A stretch of 63,875 nt of DNA, filler included, from Trichomonas gallinae (lineage: Eukaryota): NCBI GenBank assembly GCA_008369845.1. It is 12 parts of 12 records of this genome, joined end to end, with 100 filler letters (N's around TTAATTAATTAA, not from the genome) between each part and the next. Parts side by side here need not be neighbours in the genome. Positions count along the whole stretch, not along the records: positions 55,518 to 56,940 come from MRSU01001310.1; positions 57,041 to 58,599 come from MRSU01001315.1; positions 58,700 to 61,246 come from MRSU01001318.1; positions 61,347 to 62,564 come from MRSU01001337.1; positions 62,665 to 63,875 come from MRSU01001340.1; 7 more parts are not named here. One strand, written 5' to 3'. Made by a program: the position numbers and the translations under genes. This document shows, piece after piece, positions 55,756 to 63,875 of this stretch (its first letter is position 1; each line of letters starts with the position of its first letter). A model generated the notes under the pieces. That model was not told the DNA's origin and did no database searches. It saw only the letters and a list, made by a program, of their open reading frames with translations.

Positions 55756-56268
55756 ATGCCTTTCACACATGAAAACATGCCTTTTCACATATTGGGCGTT
55801 GGTGGCCTAATTATATCACTATTTGCCATTATACCAACTGTGTATGCAATTCACACACTCGGAACGAACGATTTCACATATTGTAAATCAGGATTATTCG
55901 CATTTCTCATTGTAATTCTCATATTACCATTATTGATGCTATTAATAGCTTTCTTAAATTCATTCCTAGTTTGCAGAGAAAGCACAAACTTAGCAATCGC
56001 GTTTTTCTCAGCAATATTATTCTTAGCGAGCGTCGTATTATTATGTTCAATCATACTTGCACTTACATCATCTAAATATTCGAATCCAACTGGTGTAACT
56101 AAAGAACAACAAGAAAGAGCAAGAAAAACAGGAATTCAGGGCAGATTCACAGCTATTACAGGCATTTTCGCAGGATCATGCATCGAAGTTATCGGAATAA
56201 TTACTATAATAATATATGTTGTACTTAAGAGAAAATATAAGAAGAATGAATATTCAAATTGGATGTAA
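55756..56268 (+). CDS. Small four-TM membrane protein
   Basis: Four hydrophobic segments and a basic C-terminal tail. ATG at 55756, downstream of AAAGTGAC (55741-55748). Confidence 0.7.
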   Translation: MPFTHENMPFHILGVGGLIISLFAIIPTVYAIHTLGTNDFTYCKSGLFAFLIVILILPLLMLLIAFLNSFLVCRESTNLAIAFFSAILFLASVVLLCSIILALTSSKYSNPTGVTKEQQERARKTGIQGRFTAITGIFAGSCIEVIGIITIIIYVVLKRKYKKNEYSNWM

Positions 56269-57042
56269 ATTTACTAGAGTCTTATATACAGTTAAGCTTT
56301 GTTGTTGTATTTATGTTACTGAAATCGAGTTAATAAAATTATTTCTATATTGAAATTATTTAATATCATTATTTCCTATTCACTCTAATAAGTTATTGTG
56401 AGCACAAATAATTTTGCTAAAACATCATTAATAAAATATGATTACTTTTCGACATGCACTGACTATTATAAACATATAATAAGTACTGATTACTTTTCGA
56501 CATGTACCTCAAAATTGTACTATTTAATTACATGTACTAATATTATAAAATCCATACGCAATAAGTTAACTCATACTACACATACAAATTAAGAATTACA
56601 TTTTTGGATTTCTTTTAATATTGAATTATTATTCATTGGCTTCTATAATATAACAATGAATATTGAATAGTATTGATGTACTTCTTAACACAATGAAATT
56701 CTGCAATTTTTGAAACCTGTATTAAAAAAAACTCAATTCTTCTCAAAATCGAGTATCACCATATTCACAATGAGTATAAATAATATACACATTCTTAGGT
56801 ATATCATGCTACAGAGAAAGCTTTGGGTGAAAAATTGAGAGTGGAATTTCACTCTGATGTAGTTTAAGGGGGTAGGTTTGAATAGTTTACATTTTTATAC
56901 TTGTTTGCTTCCTAACGCCTCATAGTCGAGCATTAGCTAANNNNNNNNNNNNNNNNNNNNNNNNNNNNNNNNNNNNNNNNNNNNTTAATTAATTAANNNN
57001 NNNNNNNNNNNNNNNNNNNNNNNNNNNNNNNNNNNNNNNNCA

Positions 57043-57186
57043 TTAATGTTATTATACAAGGCTTTATATGACGGTGAAGAAATAGAATTTGATTTATGTA
57101 AGAGTCGTAACCCATGCTTCTCGAAGCAGTTTAACTTTACAGTAACTACTAAAAATAAATTTATTAGAAAACTAAAATTTGAGTGA
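57043..57186 (+). CDS. C-terminal fragment of a probable protein-primed family B DNA polymerase
   Basis: LMLLYKALYDGEEIEFDLCKSRNPCFSKQFNFTVTTKNKFIRKLKFE* is open from the contig edge and resembles the recalled LY..LY.G..I.FDL...F...F.V.T...F.R...F end of Polinton-type pPolB. Confidence 0.55.
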   Translation, partial: LMLLYKALYDGEEIEFDLCKSRNPCFSKQFNFTVTTKNKFIRKLKFE

Positions 57187-57197
57187 AAAATATATTT

Positions 57198-57752
57198 TTA
57201 TATTAGTCCTATATCCTTTTTGAATTTAGAAATAGATATTTTTGTTCGTTTGTCATCACTACTTCTGACATTAATATAAGCTCTTCCGTTTTGACTTAAT
57301 ACTATTAATTGTCTGTATTGAACACCAGTGAAAACATAAAATGCATCCTCTGATTCAGAATAATATAAGTCTTCAAATCTATATTTACCATATTGAATAA
57401 TTTCTGCGGCATCATCAGGGAGTTCATCAATGATATTAAAGATGTAACCACGTGATTCACTTATATTTTTCATATTTTCTTTTCTTGAAGTCCATCGCAA
57501 GTTTTCAATATGAAAGTCGCCTCTATCTCTATTGATGTGATCGACTTCCTGATATCCTTCAGGATTTGGAATGAATTGTTCAGCAACGATTACATGTTTG
57601 AAACACTTTATTTTGTTTAAATTCACACATATATATCCATCGCCATTATCGAATTCACTTACTATTCTTTGAGTATTAATTTTGCGAATAGGATAAGGGT
57701 AGTCTGTCAAAATTTCATAATCGTCATCATGGATTAATTGTTGCCAAGTCAT
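57198..57752 (-). CDS. HNH endonuclease (HNH_3-type, phage/Maverick-like)
   Basis: GYICVNL....KHVIVAEQFIPNP..Y.EVDHINRDR.D.HIENLRW.SRKEN. Confidence 0.88.
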   Translation of the reverse strand: MTWQQLIHDDDYEILTDYPYPIRKINTQRIVSEFDNGDGYICVNLNKIKCFKHVIVAEQFIPNPEGYQEVDHINRDRGDFHIENLRWTSRKENMKNISESRGYIFNIIDELPDDAAEIIQYGKYRFEDLYYSESEDAFYVFTGVQYRQLIVLSQNGRAYINVRSSDDKRTKISISKFKKDIGLI

Positions 57753-57797
57753 ATTTTTACTTATTTATTAAAAAATAAAATTATTTTATAAATAGTG

Positions 57798-58538
57798 TTA
57801 ATTTTTAAAATGCAAATCTTTTTCGTATATGACCTCAACAGTTATATTAATAGGTGATTTTAATCTAATGGGTACATTGAATGAATCAACTAATGTAAAA
57901 CTTAGATTTAGGAGATCAAATGAATTTATTTTTACATAATTGCCGGGGTCTTTGAATATTAAAGGTAGATTTGGAATAAATAGACCTATGATGTTGTAAC
58001 ATATGGAAACATACTCGAGATTAAAAGATGTATTAATTCCCACGACATTTGATATTTTTGATCGAATGAATAAATTATTTCCATAATTAAGATAAGGAAC
58101 GGATGAGGATGTAAATTTTTGAGACATTGACTTTAAAGGGAAGTTTTCGAAATATAAGCCCAATAACAACTTGACTCTATGACTTGCATCAATGATTTCA
58201 AAATCATTTTGAGATGAAAATGTAAGTGTGGACGCTTCATTTAAAGCAACAGTAACAACACCATTAAACAGTCGATTCAATTCTTCCGCTAATGTTTCAA
58301 TTTCATAACTCGTCCTTTCTTTAAATTTGAATGTGTGAATGTTTTCATTTATTTTTATTTTCATATAGTCTGTCTCGTCTGTAATAATAAATGAAGTAAT
58401 GGTTGAAAAGTTTTTAATTCTAAACATTAATTGCTCCGTTGTTGCTATAGGTGTTCCCGAAAATTTCAGTGTACCGTAATCGTTCGGATCATTAGATTTC
58501 AAATAATATAACATTTTAATAATATTAAAAATGTCCAT
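57798..58538 (-). CDS. Probable minor capsid (penton)-like single jelly-roll protein
   Basis: Beta-rich 246 aa with LA..LN and LLG in the mid-region, LFIRS, and C-terminal LSFTLVD..N.PI.L..PI.ITVEV, resembling Polinton/virophage mCP ends. Confidence 0.5.
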   Translation of the reverse strand: MDIFNIIKMLYYLKSNDPNDYGTLKFSGTPIATTEQLMFRIKNFSTITSFIITDETDYMKIKINENIHTFKFKERTSYEIETLAEELNRLFNGVVTVALNEASTLTFSSQNDFEIIDASHRVKLLLGLYFENFPLKSMSQKFTSSSVPYLNYGNNLFIRSKISNVVGINTSFNLEYVSICYNIIGLFIPNLPLIFKDPGNYVKINSFDLLNLSFTLVDSFNVPIRLKSPINITVEVIYEKDLHFKN

Positions 58539-58699
58539 TAATGAATATTCATATCAAAGTGAAAGAAGTAAGTCATTGTATTATGGAAAGTATAAATTAN
58601 NNNNNNNNNNNNNNNNNNNNNNNNNNNNNNNNNNNNNNNNNNNTTAATTAATTAANNNNNNNNNNNNNNNNNNNNNNNNNNNNNNNNNNNNNNNNNNNN

Positions 58700-58782
58700 G
58701 TGTGATAAGCTTCTTACCAAGACCAGTTCTTCTCATGGATTTATCAACAGCAACATCTTCAATGTGGCCACAGTTCTTGTCC
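58700..58782 (-). CDS. GNA1: Fragment of a GNA1-like GNAT acetyltransferase (glucosamine-6-phosphate N-acetyltransferase)
   Basis: NCGHIEDVAVDKSMRRTGLGKKLIT contains the GNA1 signature GHIEDV.V plus acetyl-CoA motif A (R.xG.G..L). Preferred codons are on the minus strand; runs into the gap. Confidence 0.75.
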
Positions 58783-59793
58783 GGAAAAATTAATGCTATT
58801 GGAGTTCCAGCCATTGCTTCACTTCTTGTTCGTAACACAGAATCCATTGACAATGCTGTCGCACTTGGTGATGGAAAAGCTAAGGAAGCTGCTTTAATCG
58901 CCCAGTTCGTTGATATGGCGGAAGCTGCTGCTACAGAAACAACTGGCCAGCCAATGCTAGCTACAGTTGGTAGCATTTCTAATCATTTGAAGCAGCGCAA
59001 TTTTATCGCTACTGATGTTCTCACGTTAGCCGATATTCTTATGTACTGCGCTGTCTATGAATACGTTAGCAAAATGACAAATAAGGAGCAAAATGCCCTC
59101 AAGGATATTTGCCGTTGGTTCGATAGTGTCCAGAAGGCCTTCAAGACCCCATTGCCACTTATCGAGATCAAAGTTCAGCATCAGCAACAGCAGAAGAAGA
59201 AGGGTGAGCCAAATCAGAACCAAGAGAAGAAGGAGAAGAAGGAAAAGAAGGAGAAAGCTCCAGCCAAGCCAAAGGAACCAGCAGCTCCAAAGGAAGTCCT
59301 TGATTCAGCTAACTATCTTGATGTCCGTGTTGGTAAGATCATCAACATCGAACCACATCCAGATGCTGACACACTTTACAAAGAAGAAATCGATATCGGT
59401 GGTGGCGTCATCAAGAAAGTCATTACAGGTGTTCGTAACTTCGTCCCAATTGAACAGATGCAGGGCCGCCATGTTGTTGTCTTCTGCAATATCAAGCCAT
59501 CAAAGATTCGTGGCCTTCCATCAGAAGGTATGGTCTTTGCTGCTTCCAATGAGGATCACACTGTTGTTCAGCTCCTTGATCCACCAGCTGACACACCAAT
59601 CGGTACAAGAGTTATTTTCGGTGAGCACAACGGCACACCAGTCGAATGCGATAAGAAGGGTAACCTCTGGAAGGACTGCTGCCCACACTGCACAATTGAT
59701 GCTGATGGTTTCGCTTGTTACAAGGGCCAGCATCTCCACGTTCCACAGGGTAAGATCACAGTTGCTTCCCTCAGATCATGCGAGTTCCATTAA
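58770..59793 (+). CDS. Arc1/AIMP1-like aminoacyl-tRNA synthetase cofactor: GST-like domain, Lys-rich linker and EMAPII-type tRNA-binding OB fold (true 5' end uncertain)
   Basis: LG....AALIAQF..NHL..RNFI....TLADI..Y..RWFD.VQ (GST-C); LDVRVGKI....HPDADTLY.EEIDIG, NIKPSKIRG..SEGMV.AA, LLDPP...IG.RV. Confidence 0.88.
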
Positions 59794-60078
59794 ATCTGCT
59801 TAAATTTCTCTTATAAAAACTTATATCAAAAAGGAAAAAAAAATATTTTTCCCAAATCAATATTTGCTACAAAAAGAGATGCCAAAAGAACTTTAGTATC
59901 TAGCCATTGTATTGTGGCTTGCCAATAAATTCAAATTTCGATTTATTAAAATATGTATAATATAATTCTCAAAGTTATATAATAGAGTTTTTGAAATTCA
60001 GTTCAATATGTTACAAAAACTTTATAATGCTCTTTTTGTTTATTGATAGCGCAAAAACAAAAAAATATAAAAAAAATC

Positions 60079-60843
60079 TTAAAAAATATCATAACATATA
60101 TCAATATCGGATTGTTGTTGACTAGAATCATTGGACATTTCGACTTCGGATTGTTTTTCTTGAGTTAAATCAGAATGAACTTGTTGTTGATTTGGATTAT
60201 ATGGAGTTTTTTCAATGCATTGTTCTTCTTGAGTTAAATCAGCAAAATCATCTTCTTGAGTTAAATCAGCAATATCATCTTGTTGGAATGGAGGATCTGA
60301 AATTTCAACACTTGTTGTGAGTGTTTGCTGCATACTTGTTACTGTAGCGTTTTGAATACTCACATCATTCGGCGGATCTTGGAATTCAAAAATTTGATTT
60401 GTTTTTAAGTTATGGCAGAATCCTTTAATTGGGTAGACTTTTGAATCTTTTCTGCCTTGACTCAATACTTTGAACGCAATGTGAAAACTATCAGTTTTTG
60501 TTTCCACATTATAATAAGTAATTTTATCAATAATATGTTTTTCGGCATTCATGTTCATGAAAAATGGTCTAAGAATGTTCCAATTATAAGAAATTGCTAT
60601 ATTAAGAATACGGCGGTATCTTTTCGTATTGCGACCTTGAATTCCTTTGATTCCAGCCATCTCCAGAACATCAAGAAACTTCCTGTATAAGTATTTCGGG
60701 TATTGCTTTTGATCAAGATACTGTTGAAATTCAGGATTAATATCGAGCCTATTATTGAAATTATTCAATGTTCTCATCAAACTCTTTTGGTCACTTTGTC
60801 TCAGGGAACTGTACTTAATGCCAAGGATTTGCCCCCAATCCAT
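60079..60843 (-). CDS. Hypothetical protein with acidic DLTQE repeats
   Basis: 254-aa ATG ORF with a basic helical N-terminal half; three copies of DLTQE (ttcttgagttaaatcag repeated at about 60157, 60226 and 60253). Confidence 0.65.
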   Translation of the reverse strand: MDWGQILGIKYSSLRQSDQKSLMRTLNNFNNRLDINPEFQQYLDQKQYPKYLYRKFLDVLEMAGIKGIQGRNTKRYRRILNIAISYNWNILRPFFMNMNAEKHIIDKITYYNVETKTDSFHIAFKVLSQGRKDSKVYPIKGFCHNLKTNQIFEFQDPPNDVSIQNATVTSMQQTLTTSVEISDPPFQQDDIADLTQEDDFADLTQEEQCIEKTPYNPNQQQVHSDLTQEKQSEVEMSNDSSQQQSDIDICYDIF

Positions 60844-61346
60844 GTTTCCAAAAATCCTTCAACAAAATAAAATGAGACGCAAAAAAACCTATCAAAAAAA
60901 ATCTATCAGAAAAATTTGAAAGGAAATCAGGAATTCCCACCAAAAAGTAGTTGCAAACCTCAGAATTATTTCAATGTTGGGCAAAAAATAAAGTTATGCG
61001 AAAATATTGATATATGGGCTAGTATAATTTTTTCAATTCATGGAATGTTCTTCCACCCACACTCTCAATAATTTGAGTACTTTTTTAGAAATCATTTGTT
61101 ATATATTTACATGTCAAAACAATAGAAAATATTATTTTACGTGTCAGTTATGCTGGAATATTGAATACAAAGGTAGTCCGGCAGATTTTTTAAAATTGTC
61201 AAAAATGGCCCCTGCTTATAAAACGTGTCAGGTTCGACGCTACAGTNNNNNNNNNNNNNNNNNNNNNNNNNNNNNNNNNNNNNNNNNNNNTTAATTAATT
61301 AANNNNNNNNNNNNNNNNNNNNNNNNNNNNNNNNNNNNNNNNNNNN

Positions 61347-62363
61347 GAAACCCTCCAGCAGAACAGAATCATCAAGCTCATCCGCAAGAACATCATCAAG
61401 AAGTGCCTTGAGTTGTTCAACGACATTGCCGAAAAGAAGGAAGACTTCAAGATCTTCTACGAGCAGTTCTCTAAGAACATCAAGCTCGGCATCCACGAGG
61501 ACACCCAGAACCGTCCAAAGCTTGCCAAGCTTCTCCGCTTCTACTCCACACAGTCTCCAGAAGAGCTCACCTCCCTCGATGAGTACATCGAGCGCATGAA
61601 GGAGGGCCAGAAGGGCATCTACTGGATCTCTGGCGAGACAAAGGAGGCCGTCATGAACTCTCCAATGCTCGAAGTCTTCCGCCAGAAGGGCATCGAAGTC
61701 TTGTTCCTTATCGACCCAATCGACGAGTACTGCTTCCAGCAGCTCAACGAGTACAGTGACCACAAGCTCATGTGCATCACCAAGGAGAACTGCGAGATCG
61801 ATGAGACAGAAGAAGAGAAGAAGCAGCACGAAGACCTCAAGGCTAAGCTCGAGCCAATGTTCACGAAGATCAAGGACCTCATTGGTAAGGAGTGCGAGAA
61901 AGTTGTTCTCTCCAAGCGCCTTGTTGTCACTCCATGCGTCATCGTCACTGGCGAGTACGGCTACACTGCTAACTTCCAGCGTCTCATGAACGCTCAGGCT
62001 CTCCGCGACAACACAATGTCGCAGTACATGCAGGCCAAGAAGACACTCGAAGTCAACGGCAAGCACCCAGTTGTCACAAAGCTTGTCGACATGCTCGAGA
62101 AGGACGAGACCGACAAGAACGCTAAGGAGATGCTCTCCATGCTTTGGGACACAGCCCAGCTTGCTTCTGGCTTCACACTTGCCAACCCAGCTGCATTCTC
62201 AGCTCGCATCAACCGCATGGTTGCCGTTGCTCTTGATGTTGCTGGCCAGCTTGAAGAGCTTCCACCACTTGTCGAGACGGAGGCACCAAAGGTCTCCGAG
62301 GAGAAGGAAGGCGAGTCCGCAGGCGAATCCGCCGACCTCAACAAGTTCGACGATGTCGACTAA
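61347..62363 (+). CDS. HSP90: Cytosolic Hsp90, middle and C-terminal domains (5' half lost in the gap)
   Basis: [63 protein letters not shown]; strong C/G third-position bias. Confidence 0.97.
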   Translation, partial: ETLQQNRIIKLIRKNIIKKCLELFNDIAEKKEDFKIFYEQFSKNIKLGIHEDTQNRPKLAKLLRFYSTQSPEELTSLDEYIERMKEGQKGIYWISGETKEAVMNSPMLEVFRQKGIEVLFLIDPIDEYCFQQLNEYSDHKLMCITKENCEIDETEEEKKQHEDLKAKLEPMFTKIKDLIGKECEKVVLSKRLVVTPCVIVTGEYGYTANFQRLMNAQALRDNTMSQYMQAKKTLEVNGKHPVVTKLVDMLEKDETDKNAKEMLSMLWDTAQLASGFTLANPAAFSARINRMVAVALDVAGQLEELPPLVETEAPKVSEEKEGESAGESADLNKFDDVD

Positions 62364-62836
62364 ATCACTTTCCGATAGAATCGCTCTATACTAAATACTA
62401 ATAAAACGTTTTCCATTGTTTTCAACTTTTCTCTTTTTTTTATTTTTATCTTATTCTTTTTTTTCATTTCTTATTGACATATTTCACATCTTTATTTATT
62501 TTGTTCTTTTGTTTTTTATGTCTAAATCAGATTTGGTTTACTCACCCAAATCGCTCACTGACGTNNNNNNNNNNNNNNNNNNNNNNNNNNNNNNNNNNNN
62601 NNNNNNNNTTAATTAATTAANNNNNNNNNNNNNNNNNNNNNNNNNNNNNNNNNNNNNNNNNNNNTTTATGCTTGCTTTAATAAATACATCTCTTAAAGCT
62701 TTAAGTAACATTATCAATTTTTCATATTTTGTTGAGTTTTCATCGATCTGATGGCAAATACTGGTATAAGATGAATCATATTTGGCATTTATTGATTTAA
62801 GCTTAAATCTATTTACAAACAGGAAAAAAAAAAAAA

Positions 62837-62910
62837 GTAGATCACCTCAATCGAACCAATGACCTTGCTCACCACCACCATGTGTAAACTCCGATAAGCT
62901 AAAACAATGG
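62837..62910 (-). other. Degenerate tRNA-like (Pol III A-box/B-box) sequence followed by a T-run
   Basis: Minus strand reads TAGCTTATCGG...GGTTCGATTG then a 13-T run; no convincing acceptor stem. Confidence 0.4.
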
Positions 62911-63875
62911 TAAGTTTTTCATTTTTATAAATTATAAATTACCTATATAAAGAAATATAATAAATATTTCTAATAAATATTTATATTTAAATTTTAAACC
63001 TCTGTTTATATTACAAAATAAATATGTTTTAACTGAAAATAAATTGAATAAAAATTATTGAATGAATAAAAATATTCGATTAAAAAATAAAAATGAGAAA
63101 TAATGATATAGTAATATAGTGAATATAATATAAAGATATTTGATAACGATTAAAAGAGGAAATAATTAAAAAGCGAAATATAAGAAAATCATACATGTAG
63201 TTATATTTCAATCAATAATATCCCATAATCAAACAGATTAAAATTGAATGCATTGAAAATATTGTGGGCACTTTTGAATGACGTAAAATGCAACGTGCTT
63301 CTAAATGTAAACAATATGATTATCAATATATTACAAATATAAATATCCCATTTTACTTTTTTTCTCAAATAATTCTATGAGTTTTATTTTCTATACTTTA
63401 CATTTTAAACAAATATACATTATAATTATGTAATAAACACATATTTTTCAAATAATCGTCATGTCTCAATTTTTCTTAACACTCAGAAATACAATATGTG
63501 TTATATAGATACTACATATTATAATAAATAGTATTATTTCTTTTCTATAAATCTCTCACTTTTTCTCATTTTTTGCTTTTTATTAATTTTGAGTCATTTC
63601 TAGTCCGTTTTGAACGAAATATCTACGTATATACCATTTTCAAAGCCTTTACTAATCTATATACACAATATTAAGCAAAATAAACAACTTTTATTAATCA
63701 AATAAATTATCTCGGTTATTATATATATATATTTTTATATAAATAATATATTTGCATTATATATTATATGGGTATGCATTAATCAACATTTTCAAACTTT
63801 AGAGCACTTTGTGTCAGAAATTCCACTTTACATTAATTTTACACTATTTTACATGACATTTTGTCATAATTTTAG

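Larger units (their letters stand above)
57041..58599. mobile_element. Fragment of a Polinton/Maverick-like (virus-like) element
   Basis: The whole contig is densely coding with near-zero intergenic space: probable pPolB C-terminus, HNH nuclease, penton-like ORF and a further ORF end. Confidence 0.7.

Noticed and set aside
56439..56540. Repeat-spacer-repeat pattern resembling CRISPR
   Set aside because: Only two good copies, eukaryotic context and no cas genes.
61299..62344. Long antisense and alternate-frame ORFs over Hsp90 (also over the PDE, Hsp110, ankyrin and Arc1 genes, e.g. 59093-59803)
   Set aside because: Expected shadows of biased codon usage, with no protein motifs. The only exception is the GNA1-like segment.
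9997..62664. Eleven identical TTAATTAATTAA cores between N runs, superficially a repeat array
   Set aside because: Artificial scaffolding linkers. ORFs ending in XXXX-LIN or XXXX-N are artefacts, and cross-linker gene neighbourhoods cannot be trusted.

Overview
AT-rich, apparently intron-free eukaryotic DNA from a trichomonad (Trichomonas-like parabasalid). This is inferred from the gene families (BspA-like LRR, legumain, expanded ankyrin/BTB families), Inr- and AAAGTGAC-type promoter elements, and TAAA stop/poly(A) signals. The window is not contiguous: it is 12 contigs joined by eleven artificial 100-bp N-TTAATTAATTAA-N linkers, so adjacency across linkers is unproven. About 30 protein genes or fragments are visible, including a GAF-PDE, PAP phosphatase, BspA, an Ig/cadherin-like surface protein, legumain, a PPP phosphatase, an Hsp110-like gene, an Hsp90 3' half, an Arc1-like tRNA-binding protein and the unlisted 5' end of a clathrin heavy chain. 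Most notable: (i) a compact Polinton/Maverick virus-like contig (probable pPolB C-terminus, HNH nuclease, penton-like protein); (ii) a PNGase homolog lacking its catalytic Cys and His; (iii) a head-to-head pair of GBP/atlastin-like GTPases with complementary motif losses; (iv) an antisense GNA1-like fragment fused to the Arc1-like ORF; (v) a probable divergent mitochondrial-carrier-like protein; (vi) non-coding elements: a 331-bp TIR MITE, a hairpin/tRNA-like dispersed repeat with a perfect 24-bp GCGAAGC-capped palindrome, TTAA-RR termini at contig breaks and a recurrent TTTACATGTCAA motif. All family calls are by-eye motif recognition; no database searches were run.
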